Source: Selaginella moellendorffii
Taxonomy: Eukaryota; Plantae; Lycopodiophyta
DNA: 64,000 nucleotides
Direction: 5' to 3'
Assembly (NCBI RefSeq): GCF_000143415.4
Contig: NW_003314329.1
Location: 745,763-809,762, forward strand
Shown: positions 38,242-52,266 of the stretch, piece by piece
Numbering within the stretch: position 1 is the first letter of the stretch
How the letters are laid out: every line of letters starts with the position of its first letter
Notes under the pieces: generated by a model
What the model saw: the letters and a program-made list of their open reading frames with translations, nothing else
Told to the model about the DNA's origin: nothing
Database searches by the model: none
Position numbers and translations under genes: made by a program

Positions 38242-38531
38242 TGTTAAGATCCTATCCCTTACACCCTAAACTAACTGGCTAAAGGGGTGATCACTTGAAT
38301 GCAGGGCCCTTTCCTTATCCTATTATCCTGACCTGGTGCCTAACAATCCTCCCCCTCGTCAGGGAATGATCATCCGCGATCATACTTAGGCCACCATCCG
38401 GTCACCATGGTCCTTCTCTTAGGGTTTACCAAACCTTGGTTCTCCCTCTAGATCCACCATGTTGAATATTCCTTTAGAATATTCCTACCCCACTCGTCAG
38501 CCACAAGAATCGAACCTGTCTCTGATACCAA
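38242..38531 (-). mobile_element. TRIM-like mini unit (104-bp LTR, PPT, ~185-bp internal region, extended Met-PBS) fused to the LTR of element B
   Basis: tgttaag..cctaaca 38242-38345; PPT atcctccccc; PBS ctctgatacca 38520-38530. Confidence 0.75.
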
Positions 38532-41500
38532 TGTTATGATCCGGTGCAAAAAGACAGAGATCTAGTCGCCCTAGACTATGCTATGCCACCTCTTGAGGTT
38601 CCTCACCACCCAACCACCCCCAAGCTACCTCAAAAGCTCCACTGCGCCGCCGCTCCACGGTGAGCCCTAGGGTAGGTTAAGTCCCTTACCCTAACATGCC
38701 TTAATATACCCTTGAGCCTCCCTTTGACTAATGTTGACCACGTAGTCAAAGCTAGCGCCTAACAATTGTTCCCCCCCAACAAAGTCCTTGTCCCAAAGAC
38801 GAGTTGTACAAGTGATCACCCTTCCTAGGGAACCCTGCTCAAGCTCCTGGACCATCTTCCACAGCCGTATACATCAAGGAGGCATTGGGCCCGTCACTCC
38901 GAGATAGTACACCTTTTAACTGGCTGACATAAAATACCGGATGAATTTTCACCCCAGCTGGCAGCCGCACCCGATAAGCCGCTTTACTAATGCGCTCCAG
39001 CACTTCATATGGACCAGCATATCGATGGGAAAGTTTATCATTGTTCCCTATCTGTAAAGGCACCAAGGTGTTCCGTCGCTCACTTGACGGAAAGATCACA
39101 CGCACAAAGACGAGATCACCCACCTTATATTCCTGGAATTGGCAATGCTCATTGGCAAACTTCTCCGCTCTATCCTGAGCTGCTTGCAAATTCCGTTTGC
39201 ACACCACCAAATCTTATCAAGTTCTGTGGCCAAATCAGTCGCCTTGGAATCAAGCTTATCTTGAACGTCCTTACTCAAATGCAATCCCAACTCCACTGCT
39301 ATTCGAGGATGCCTTCCAAACATGGCAAAGTAAGGACTTAGCTTGGTTCCACTGTGTTGGCTATTGTTGTAAGCAAATTGCATCAATGGAAGATATAAAT
39401 CCCACTGTCCTTGCCTTTGACCAATGCTACAACGTAGCATATCCTCCACCACCTGATTCACCCGCTCGGTTTGCCCATCTGTCTGAGGATGATCTCCACT
39501 CAAGAGTTTCAAAGTCACTTGCATAGCTTTTGCAAAGCTTTTCCAAAATCCACTGGTGAACTTTGAATCTCGATCACTAATGATGTCCTCCGGCAAACCA
39601 AAATCAGTAAAAACCTTCTCCAAGTAAACCGCAGCCAAGTCTGAGGCAGTGACAGTCTTCCAAAGAGCCAACAACCGCACATACTTCGTCAACCGATCCA
39701 CTATGACCCATACCTGCTCCTTTTGCCTCTGTGTTCGTGGCAAACAAGTGATGAAGTCCATAGAGATACTACACCAACGGCTCTGAGGAATAGGTAAAGG
39801 TTGCAAAAGTCCCCCTAGCTTCTCCCGTGGCACCTTAACCCGCTAACAAAGCTCGCATGATTTACAATACTTGAGGATATCAGCCTTCATATTCCTCCAA
39901 TAAAAGTTGCACTTAATCAACTCATACGTCTTTTTCCCCCCAAAATGACTGGCCTCTGGACGATCATGATAGTGGAATAAGACTTGAGTAATTAACACAT
40001 CCACCCATGGCAAATATACACGGCTATTGTAGTAGAGAATCCCATCCACCAATGAGAAAGGGGCTTCCATCTGGTCTCACAAAGAGGCCACCTCAGCATC
40101 CTGAGCCTGAGCATGCTCAACCAACTGCCCAAACTCGCTGACCACCCTACTCAAATGATGACAAAATCGTGTTCGTAACGTCATCACATGACGAACACTA
40201 GATAAAGCATTTGCCACCACATTTGATTTTCCCGGACGATGCTCAATAGGAAACTCTCTAAATTCCATGAGTTTGACCATCCAACGAGCTTGCCTAGTGT
40301 TCAACTCCTTCTGTGTGAACAGATACACAAGTGGTTTGTGATCTGTCAACACCACGAACACTGCACCATAAAGATAGTGCCGCCACATCCGCAAAGCATG
40401 AACAATAGAGAGTAACTTTTGCTCATATGTGGAATAGTGTTGCTCCGCGGAATTCAAAGTTTGACTCTCATATGCAATAAGCTGTCCCTCTTGCATGAGA
40501 ACTCCTCCTAGTGCATAACTACTCGCATCGCATGTCACCTCGTAAGGTTTCGATGGATCAGCAATGCGAAGCACTGGAGTCTCACTCAACAATTGTTTCA
40601 GCACCACAAAAATCTCCTCTTATGGCTTCTTCCACTCGAATGGCACATTCTTGCGTAACAACCGCGTCAAAGGAAAAGCCACCTCTGCAAACTTATGCTG
40701 AAAACGTCGGTAGTAACTAGCCATACTAAGAAAACTGCGCAACTTGGCCGTGTAGGCCAGTTTTCCACCACAGCCACCTTCCTTGGATCCGTCTTGACAC
40801 CCTAAGATGTCACAATATGGCCTAGATATTCCACCTCCGACTTTGCAAATTCACATTTGCTCTTATTTGCATAAAGTTTGCTGTCTCGAAGTAACAAAAG
40901 AACCTTGCGCAAATGCACCTTATGCTCCTCCATATTCTTGCTAAAAACAAGAATATCATCCAAGAAAATCTCCACAAACTCATGAAGATAACGCCCAAAT
41001 ACCTCTGTCATCAACCGAGTAAATGTGGCCGGTGCATTCGTCAAACCAAATGGCATAACTGTAAACTCAAAATGTCCGAAGCTTGTGTTGAATGCCGTAT
41101 TGGAGATAGATGTATCATCCATTGCAATTTGATGATATCCACTCCTCAGATCAATCTTGGTAAACACTCGTGCTTCACCAAGCTTGTCTAAGATATCATC
41201 CACACGTGGCATCGGCATCTTATCCTTCACTGTCTTCTTGTTCAAAGCGCGGTAGTCAATACATATTCGCATTGAACCATCCTTCTTCTTCACAAGCAAG
41301 ACTGGAGCACCAAACGGAAACTTACTTGGCTGAATAAATCCAAACTCAAGTAACTCCTTGACTTGTCATTGAACTTCTTGCTCCTCCGCATAACTTAACC
41401 GAAATGGACGCCGGTAAATTGGTCACGTCCCCAGCTCCAATGTAATCCCATGCTCCACACCTTGTAACGGAGGCAATCCATGAGGAAGTTCAGATGGAAA

Positions 41501-42355
41501 AACATCAGAAAACTCGTCCAGTACATCCCTTATTGCTACTTCGCCCCCACACGTGCCTTGGTCCCCCAAGTCACGAACAAACAGCAAGTAACTCGAAAGT
41601 GCTTTTCCATTACGACAAGCCCACTTCAAAGATGTAGCAGAGAGCATAACAACTGGTGGTTGAACGCCCTTGCCAAACCACACATCTTTAACGCCACCAT
41701 ACTCCAGCGAGATACGCTTAATACTCCACTTTATCTCTGGATCCACCTTCACCAACCATGGCATCCCGAGAATGAGATCCACACGATGGATATCCGTGAG
41801 ATAAAAAGTCTCCACAAGTGTGGTTTTGGCAACTAACACTTCCAGCCCCTCGACACAAGCATCGAAATGTTGAGTAGAGGTAGCTGCACCTTCCACTGTG
41901 TATGGAAGAACGCCGCGTGTGACCAGGCCATGCTCCGCAACAAACTTTGCCGAAACAAAGTTGTCATCGCTCCCACTATCTAGTAAAATCTGCACTGGAT
42001 CGCCACGAAACACGCCCTCCAGCATTAAAGCTGATTCATGCGTATCCTCGAGCTCCATCTTGTTCCACACACAGTTAAGCTAACGAGCAACGATCGAAAG
42101 TCGCTTCCTTCGACCGGAATGGTCGTTCTCCTCATCCTCACGCTGCAAAGTTTGCAACTTTTTAGTATCTGACTTACCGTGAGAAGAAGATTGGCCATTC
42201 TTCTTGTCCTGCTGCTTGTTCTTCAACTGCGGACAATCAGCATTGTAGTGTCCAAGTTCGCCGCAATGATGACAACCCTGTCTATAATTCTTCACAAAGA
42301 ACTTCTGCTTCCTGGACCCCTTTGCATCTGAAGTAGTCACCACTGACTTCAACAT
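38532..42355 (-). mobile_element. Nested Ty3/gypsy element B, 5'-truncated: zinc knuckle, protease, RT, RNase H, integrase, PPT, 233-bp 3' LTR
   Basis: CHHCGELGHYNADC; LLDSGSDDNF; FLDDIL; TCDASSYALGGVL; SDRDSKFTS..HPQTDGQTER; LTR 38532-38764. Confidence 0.92.
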
Positions 42356-45093
42356 TTGGAATCTAGTGAGGGATTCCTTGGAACAGGTTCAACAAAGGCA
42401 AACCAAGTATGCGAACTAGAAGCGCCGGGATGTAGAGTTCCAAGCTGGGGAGAAGGTGTGGCTGAACACCAAGAACCTTAGGCTACCAAGTGGGATCAGC
42501 CGGAAGTTGACCCAAAGGTAAAAATGCATGTATTCCTGTAAATGAATTGATCTTGAGTTCCTTAAGCAGGTTCGTAGGGCCTTATGAGATTGAGGCTCGA
42601 ATCGGTAAAGTGGCTTACTATCTCCGACTTCCTCGAGAGATGGGGAAGATGCACCCTGTATTCCACATGAACTTACTCAAGCTGTATTTTGAGGATCCGC
42701 TTCGCAAGGACTAAGTTAGACCTTTATCTGAGGTTATCCAAGGGGAAGAGGAATACAAAGTCAAGGCCATCCTTAATGCGTGCAAGAGCAAGCGACAAGG
42801 ATGCGAGGTGAGAGAGTTCCATGTGAAGTGGAAAGGATTTCCACACTGCGAAGCAACATGGGAACCGGAGGAGAACTTAGCAAACGCGTGAGATCTAGTG
42901 AAGGAATTTTTGCAAGGCAGAACTCTATGTACTTATGCAAAGTTCAATTAAAGTATCAATTTATGAAGTTGAGCAATGGCATATGTTGGGACCCAAAGGC
43001 GTGCCGAAGGTAAGCTAATTAGCATGGGTTAGCTAGGTCGACCAGGCGTAGGGAACTATGCCCGACTCCCTGCGGGGATGTCAAATCCATAGACGTATTC
43101 TACGAAGGTTGGGTTTGAGTCCCAACCCCCTAGTAAAGCAAGGCTGGGTTCAAGTCCCAACCCCATACTAGGGCATGGTGAGGTGAGGAGTATAGGGACA
43201 CCTATATTCCATTGTCATGGGCTCTTGGCCGGGGAGGCTAACTTAGGCACACCGCTAAGTGGGGGGATGCCCCCGGAGACATGGTCAACAAGTCATAGGA
43301 TAAAAAAGAGACGTTCGATGTGGGCATCGAACTTCTTCTATGGGTGGTGGAGTTGTAAGGAACCAACTCGCCAAAGTGTCCTAGGGTAAAGGATCCCCGA
43401 AAGCATGACCAAAATGACAAAGAGTTCATTGGATGGGACCGAGTCGAAGATCGAGTCCAAGACCGACTCTGAGACCGAGTTCAAGATAGAGTCCGGGATC
43501 GAGTCTGAGGCCGAATCGGAGACTGAGTTTGACACAGAGTCCGAGATCCAAATCAGGTCCAAGACCGAGTCTGAGGTCGAGTCTGAAGTCGAGTCCAAGA
43601 TCGGGTCCAAGATCGAGTCCGAGATCGAGTCCGAGACCGAGTCCGAAGTCGGGTCCAAGATCAAGTCCGAGATCGAGTCCAAGACCGAGTCCGAGTACTA
43701 ATACGGGTCAAGGGGTGAAAGCCCAAAGTGTGCGTCTCCTAGGGGGAGGGGGGGGGGGGGCTGCAAGGGGTTCCAAAAATATAGTAGGGATAGTGAGGTC
43801 TAGGAACCAGTCTTGAAGGAACTCTCTAGTGGTGCTTCCAAACTGACTTGAGGTTGAGACTAGGGTCGAGGGGCTTTGGGTGGGAGTGAGCAAGAACTTG
43901 GGTGGTGCCGGAGGGGCCACCCCAGGAAGTGCTCAAGAGCAGCTCCCACTCCCAAAAGGGAAACCAACTGCAGTGCTCCTGGCTCAGGTGGAGTGGTGCC
44001 CCACTTGAGTACCATGCGGCTCATTGGTCCTCGCCCTTCTTAGGGGCTTGGGCCTTCCTTCAGGGTGGAAATGGGGGGGTAGAGGTACCCATACCGAGCC
44101 GTTAGGCCACGGTGTTTTGCCCCGGCATCCCAAAGCAAGTGTTGCACTCAAGACTTGGGATTTAGAGGGTCCCATGATCAAGTCTTGTGGTACCAGGGGG
44201 TGTTAGGAACCTAGAGGCTTGGTGTGCTTGGCTGCTTATACCTACAGGGAGTGTAGCCAAACCTTAAGTCTCGTCTAACCCGGGAAGGGGGATTGGGAGA
44301 GATTTGGGAATTCGTGGATGGATAGCTAACACTTCGTTGCTCGTGCAGTGAGTAGCTGAAACCAAGTAGGACCAAGTAGGAGTTGGTACCATAGGTGAGA
44401 ACCTTGGAGAGGGAACGTAACAACAGTCAAGGCAGTGTTGGACGGATAGACGAAGTAAGCTGGCAAATTGGAAAGGAAACATTTATGGCTTACAACTTCC
44501 AAAATATGTCTGAACTTCCCTTCAAGAGCTTGGGGATGGATGGCTTCTTGATGGCAGCTCAAGCTCCATGGATTTCAAGAACCAGCTGGGCCAAGCATTT
44601 TTCTCACGCCATATGGCATATAGGTATATTGCAAGAAATTGACTTGCTTATTTAATCATGGCTCTTTTTTAGGTATTTAAATCATTGCCTAGGTGCTCAA
44701 CCAAGTGTTTTTCTCAAGCTCTTAATTGGTGGGAAGAAGCTTGGCATATATGAGCTAGAGTTCCATTGTCCCATTGTGTGGAAGCAAGAACTTTATCCAT
44801 GGTACTTGGAGTTGTGGAGGCAAATGCCATTGTCACTTTTTGAGTTTGATATTTACCTCTAGTGTCATCCAGATTTGATGAGTAAAATGTCCTGGCAGTA
44901 ACTTATGTTTCTACTTTATTGTAGAGGCACTTCTTGAGGGAGTGGAGATGCCTCAAGACAAGGATGAGATTCATATTGAGCAGAATGAAGAGGAACAAGT
45001 GGAAAACTCGGCTGAAAACTTTTCTGCCCCATCTCATCCTACAGCAGTTGCTCATTCCCCAGATCCTATTGCTGCTACTCATCCGGCCCTAAC

Positions 45094-48000
45094 TATAGCG
45101 TATGTGGCTTTATCCTATGGTGATTTACCATAGGATAACACCATGAAGCGGAACCTAAACCCTCCATATGCCATGTGTCATATGCCACGTGTCCAAAGGA
45201 TAGTGATGTGGAACCTAAGTTTCAAGGCCTTGGGCCATTTAACGAAGTTGCGGAGCCAAACTCCTAAACATGGAGCCAAGGAGTGATAGAACTAGACCAT
45301 GGAGCAACTCCCGAGCATACAATCTAAGAAGTGAAGGGATAGGAGCACAGAGCGACTTGGAATAGTTCTAGAGCATCTAACATCACAGTGCCAGAACCAA
45401 CATGCAAAACAGAGGCAAATAGAGTTTAGTGCTTTTTCAATATACTAATGGCATAATGTGAGGATATGGGTACTCCACCAACTAGCATGGTATAGAACTT
45501 GGGCTTAGACCCAAGCCGGATACAGAACAAGGACAGGCACACAAGCAGGAGTTAGACTATGCCTCAGGTTGGTCAACTATGCCCGACATACCCATTATCC
45601 CTACTATACATTTGGAACCCCCCACATCCCCCCCCCCCCCCATCCCCCTTAGGAACACATGCTTTGGGCTTTCACCCCAAGCCACCCTTAGTACTAGAAG
45701 TTAGTCTCTAGGACAAGCTTGAAACTTGTTAAATATGGAATGTCCCTAGATTGTTAATTTGGACATAGGACAAACACCAATGTGTTTAGGTTAATCTTTA
45801 CATTCCATAAATATGCCAAATGAGCAAATCTAGACACTTTCTATAAATAGCATTTAGGATTGAAATGAGACTAACACAAAGGGCATGATAGCAAGGGTGT
45901 TTGGCAGACACGGTGATATTGAGGGACTATTCTCAATACACAAGGGTTCTTGTCAAGCCAGTGCAAGATAGAGCAAAAGAGAACTAAAAATCCAGGCCAA
46001 GTATGCTCAACTAGATAGACATTTAGGAATTCCTTCATTATGCTCATCTAGCCAAGTATAGATGCTAAGCGTATTTTACTAACACTTGAACAAAAGGGAT
46101 TAATAAAGGGTCTAGCAATACCGACCTCCTGCCATTGTGGCAGTAAGGAAAGAATATTCGAAAGAACAGTTGACAAGTAACTTTCGATACGCGTAATCAC
46201 ATTCGCGACACTCTCCCCCCCTTAGGGAAGATCGACATCCTCATCAATGCATACTCTAGTCTAGACCACTAGCAAGGAAACAACTCCAAAAAAAGTTCAC
46301 GGTGATCACACTATGTGAGAAATGCACTAACTTAAATGAGTTAGAAGGCAACCTCTTTGTCTAATGCGAATGCGCTACCAGCTCAGACACCTTTCGGCCA
46401 TCGTTGACAAAGAAATGACAAATGGAGTTAGCCACCCTTGCTGCTCTGGGTGTTACCCAACTTACAAAAGTGTGATACGACACTGCTTACAAGGACATAG
46501 AGAGAGAAGCCAGAGGCCCCAACCCTCCTAAGCAAAGAAACCAAACCCGTCAGTAAGGTTTAGATAGACTACTCTAAACAGGCAGGTAGAGTTGTTTACA
46601 CGGTCACGCTCTTTCAACGAAATAAGGAACATCGACAGAAAGATGGGGATGTGACTAGTCGATAGTAACTACCCCATGACTAGAGATTTCACCATACACA
46701 TAAAATGCCAAAGCCAGTCTACCTATACTGGCCCAAATTTAAAGATCAATATATAGACAATATCAAAGTCATAGATAATGATATCTAAGAGATTTGATTA
46801 TCAGTGAATAAATCTTAGATTAGAACACAAAAGTATTCCAAGTAAGTTATCATCCGATAAACTAGTATTACAATACAAGAACCACCTGAAGATTTGCAAT
46901 CCAACAAAATTTAATAACAAGTATACCATTAATAACACTTCATGATAAAATTTAACTATCAAAGATTTCAAATAGCATGCTAAACAACTTACGTAAGATA
47001 ACTCAAAGAACACAAAGTATCATCAACTTAACAAACAAAATGCTTCACAAACAGTCATTCATGCCAACCATCGCACTAGCTAATTTCAATAGATCCTAGT
47101 CAACAACACTAAGGAACTAGAGTTGCTCAAGTAAACATCAGTAACATTCTATCAATATCTCAAATCCATGAGACCAATCCAAAGCAAACCATAAAGAACA
47201 TGTGGTATTGTGAAAAGCCAAAAGCTATCAAAAAGAATAATTAACTATCATGAAAGATCATCAATCATCGGATTAATAGAGAGATGCATAATCATTGTTG
47301 AAGAAACAATCTACCATCATGAAAAATGGCAAATCATTTTAAATCAACAATAATCAAATAAAACCTTTGACAAGGATAATCAACTATCCAAGATGACAGT
47401 TAATCATCACCAATGATTCCCAGATGCAAATACTAACCAAAATGCCTTTCTAAACAACTCTTAACAAATGGAATAATAAGCATCAAACTCAAAGAACCAA
47501 AAGTTCAAAGAATCTTATAGCCAAGTCTTGCCCAACAATGATCACAAGTTTCGCATAAACTAACTTTAATGCTCAGGAAAAAATCAAAGTACAACCCATA
47601 ATATCTTCCTCAACACATTCATAAGCTAAACTTCATAATGCAAAAGCTAATGAAGAGCATGCCTGCATCAATCAAAAAGCTAAACACAACAAAACAATGC
47701 ACGTGATCAATAAATGATCCTCTATAAATCCATCTATAACAAGATGTAACTCATTTCATAACAAGTATAAGAAGAATCATCAATGATCGATATATTCCCA
47801 ACTAAAATCCAACAAAGAACCAACATCTTCAATATTGATCACTAACTCTTTCTCTCGTAAAGTTAGCATAGTCCACGACTGAATCACTTTTCAAGGAAAA
47901 GCTCAAAACTCAACCCTGATTAAGCAATTACGTCTAGAACACAACTAACTCAACTTGCCACTCAGTTTGTTTGAACGCCAATACAGTTGCTAACTAGCAA

Positions 48001-51000
48001 ATGCATAAATGCTAATAACACAAAGTAGCCAAATCATCAACACTATCTCTATCAAGACTAATGAAACTCAATATCAATCCTAAGGAAAAGCATCTCATTT
48101 CACTCAAATCCCGACATCAACAATATCAATGACAAAGCATCACTTCAATGCCATTAACACTAGAACAAAGCTAGAAGAAAGTAAGAATGAATCATCACTC
48201 AAAACTCTTTAACAACCATACTAAGCAATGTCAAAGATACTTTATTAAGTATCCGAGACTAATCCTTTAACAATACTCAACTATAGATAACATATCATCA
48301 AGGAGTGATTCACCACATCCAAGACTCCATGAAATTTAACACCATGGATTAAACGTAACTAAATGATATCAACAAAAGTGGAATCCATATGTTAACATGG
48401 AAAAACCATATAAGTTTAACGATATGATCCTCCACAGCATTATTCGATAAAGCAAGCCCATCACTGCTAAATCATCATCGAGTAAAGCAAGTGTCAAATA
48501 ATCCTTGATAAAGTTTATAAACAATTACTAGTCACAAAACAACCAACAATCACTTTTCAACTTGCCTTCATAAGACCCAAACACTAAACTCATATTATCG
48601 AGTCGTATACTTATCCAACAAGAACGTAATATCTCAAGCACAAGATAAAGGTTCATGGACAGGCATGACTACTCGAATCCAATTCAACCGCAATAAACTC
48701 ACTAACACGTTTAGTCAATAGCTCTGAGCATGCCTTGAAGAGGCTAGCTATGCATGATCAACACTTAGTCAAAACTAAAGTGAAGACCATGAGATAGACA
48801 TATATTGGTACACAACCTCCTTATAGATAAGGCTATAATATGGGTACCAACATCTCAACCTCAAACAACTAAGTTGAACATCACTATCCTCAGCCAAAGC
48901 GTAAAGCCACCAATACCAAGTCAAGATCAATGAAAGCTCACTACTCTCATATAGTCTTAATGAAATACAAGGTGCAACATGCCACTAAGCACAATGCTAT
49001 AGAAGAAAGGCATTAGAGTCACCTTTCTAGAAAAGTGCAATAGCCACCTTTCTACACCAACTCCAAACTCTATCTAATTCAATTGCCTTAGCCCCAAAAG
49101 TCAGTATTCCCTTTTGGGTTGCATTATACAAACTACTTACTAAGGTTTATGCCAACCAAAGTCAACTCCAACCCCTTCACTAGTTTATATTGGCTTAAGA
49201 AAACAGAATGGTTTTTGGGCAAAGTGATCAATACATCAGCTATTGGAAAAACATAGAAAATTTGTGGAAAAATTTCCATCCCAAAGAAAGAATAACTCTA
49301 AATCCAAGAATGCAAACTTTCAAGACTCAATCAACTTCTTTTTACCAACAACTTCACATAGGTTCATCTTAACATAAATTCTCATAGCCAACAGTATATC
49401 TAAGCATCGAACATCTTTGCACATACTTCCAACATCTAATACCGACATCCACAAAATGCAAAAATGAATATCCAAGGCTTAATCACGAAAACCATATCTT
49501 TGGATATCCATATTGTACTAACACTCTTCTTCAACCACCTTCAAGATCCGATGTAAAGCTAAAACACTAATAAAAAAATTAACATGGAAAATCAAGGTCT
49601 AAGGAGAATTCCTCATCACTTGAAATAACAATGTCACTTCCACTAACATAAATGCTAGCGATGTCAATGCCTCAACTACACACCTTCTCCATCTAATAAT
49701 CTATTCTAAGTGCTAATAGATCAACTGACAAGCCATACAAGTCAATCGACAAGTGAATATTATAACCCTTTCCAACACCTCAATGGGCAAACTCAAGGAA
49801 CCAAGGTACCAACATAAGCTTAGTATATCATTGATTGCCATAAAGAATCTAGTCAAAGCTACTACAGTGCTACTATATGTAAGTAGACTAGCTTTACCAT
49901 CGACGGTTGATCATTGTTTAACCAAGCAACTTCATAATCATATTGCTCACTATGACATGGATATAATATAAGAATCACAATGACTTGATTATCAATTGAG
50001 CAACACCACGAACAATGCCTATATCATTACTACAAAGGTTTATGTAAATATCAAGTGTCAACTCAATTCAACAAAATGCAACATAAATACCACACTCCAC
50101 CAATAGAGATTTTCAACACCCAACACCACTAACTTTTGTTTATAACATGAACAAGCTTATGCCACTCTCTTTTTGACCTAACTCAACACTAATCCAACAC
50201 CAAGTTACTCAAGGAGCAATAGCAAGGTTCTCCGGAAAAGAATTGAGCATTGAAATCCAAGTCTTCAATAGCAAGCCTAGACAAAATGGCATAGTACTTC
50301 ATCGTTATCCATCCCACAACTCATCATTTGTAACACCATCATTTCCAACCTACATCAAGATAGGGACTTTTGATTGCATGATGTGAATATGAGCAATGAG
50401 TTAACACTTCATTGCAGATCATCTCTCCAAGAAAAGAAAATGATTTACATATTTGATCCTTCATCCCTGATGACTCTCTTTTTGGTCTTATCTTTGACCA
50501 AACCTCAAGTTTGCATTCGCATTGCTTTCAGTCTAATCCAAGAAAAGTTTATAAAAGAGCATAGCAATGACTACTTTGACCAATAGACTAATCCCTATAG
50601 TTTTGATTGATCCACTTATAATCATGCCTAGGAAGGATTTACTAGTGCTATGCTAAATAGCTACGAACCAATCTATTTGCCACTCATAGCAAACCTAGGG
50701 GAGGTTTACTTTTTCCCACAGTACATGGAACAATTCATAGAACCACCGATAAGCTAACATTGATCTTGCCAACGCAAAGTGTAACATTGAGTTATTAATG
50801 TGCCTCTCTCACGAACCCAAGCGCAAACTCGTGCAAAAATAGAACATTTCAAATCCATCTTGCCAACTCAAAGTGTAGCCTTGAGTTGCTTACATGCCTC
50901 ACTCACGAGCCCAAGCACAAACTCATGCAAAAGAAACTTCTCAATCCTTCTTATAAGCCCAAGAGCAAGCTCATATAATTTAGTACAAAAAGGTAACCAA

Positions 51001-52266
51001 ATTTTATACCTAAGGAATGATTGCGAAGTCCTAGCACCCAACATGTACCCACTTGGATCATCGTTTTCATCTTTGCATATGCAATGAGACTAATTGCTCA
51101 ATCTCATTGAATAGTACTTGCTAAAACTCATTCTCTAATACCAAATGTAGCACATGTGGTTTTTACTCTTTATCCTATGGTGATTTACCATAGGATAACA
51201 CCATGAAGCGGAACCTAAACCCTCCATATGCCACGTGTCACATGCCATGTGTCCAAAGGATAGTGACGTGGAACTTGAGTTTCAAAGCCTTGGGCCATTA
51301 AACGAAGTTGCAGAGCCAAACTTTTAGACATGGAGCCAAGGAGTGATAGAACTAGACTATGGAGCAACTCCCAAGCATATAGCCCAAAGAGCGAAAGGAC
51401 AAGACCACAGAGCAACTTGGAATAGTCCTAGAGCATCCAGCATCCCAATGCCAAAACTAGCACGCAAAACAGAGCCAAATGGAATTTGGTGCTTTTTCAA
51501 TATACTAATGGCCTAACGTGAAGATATGGGTACTCCACCAACTAGCATGGTATAGAACTTGGGCTTAGACCCAAGCTAGACGTAGAACAAAGACAGGCAC
51601 GCAAGCAGAAGTTAGACTATACCTCAAGTTGGTCAACCATGCCCAACTATCCCTACTATACATTTGGAACCCCCCCCCCCCCCCCCCCCCCACTAGGAAG
51701 ACGCTTTAAACTTTAAGCCCAAGCCACCCTTAGTACCAGAAGTTAGTCTTTGGGACAAGCTCGAAACTTATTAAATATGAAATGTCCCTAGATTGTTAAT
51801 TTGGACACGGGATAAACACCATTGTGTTTAGGTTAATCTCTACATTCTAGAGATATGCCAAATGAGTAAATCTAGATACTTTCCATAAATAGCATTTGGG
51901 ACTGAAATGAGATTAACACAAAGGGCATGATAGCGAAGGTGTTTGGTAGACACAATAAGCTATCATCTAATGATATTGAGGGACTATTCTCAATACATGA
52001 GGGTTCTTGTCAAGCCATGCAAGAAAGAACAAAAGAGAACTAAAAAACCAGGCTAAATATGCTTAGCTAAATAGACACTTAAGAATTTCGTCCTTATGCT
52101 CATCTGGCCAAGTACAGATGCAAAATCCAATTTACTAACACTTGAACAAAATGGATTAATAAAGGGTCTAGCAATACAGACCTCCTGCCATCATGGCAGT
52201 AAAGAAAGAATATCCAAAAGGACAGCTAACAGATAACTTTTGATACCTAAAGTCACATTTGCAACA
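45094..52266 (-). mobile_element. Non-autonomous LARD-like LTR element D
   Basis: LTRs 45094-46210 and 51146-52266; TSD ctaac/ctgac; PBS (ctctaatacca) ~51133-51143; PPT ctctccccccc 46211-46221; 4.9-kb ORF-less, strand-biased interior. Confidence 0.9.

Larger units (their letters stand above)
34378..44494 (+). mobile_element. Ty3/gypsy chromovirus (element A) with both LTRs, degenerate
   Basis: LTRs 34378-35448 and 43354-44494 (TG..CA); TSD ACTTC; PBS tggtatcggagc at 35452; PPT at 43339-43353; gag 35508-36220; RT 36378-37151 (YIDD); RNase H; integrase; chromodomain 'EYKVKAIL..FHVKWKGFPHCEATWEPEENL' at ~42750-42900. Confidence 0.95.

Noticed and set aside
38370-38550. 5S rRNA-like words (gcgatcatac; reverse-complement tgcaccggatc) suggesting a Cassandra TRIM
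   Set aside because: Only 10-11 nt each, on opposite strands, and no A/C-box segment of 5S
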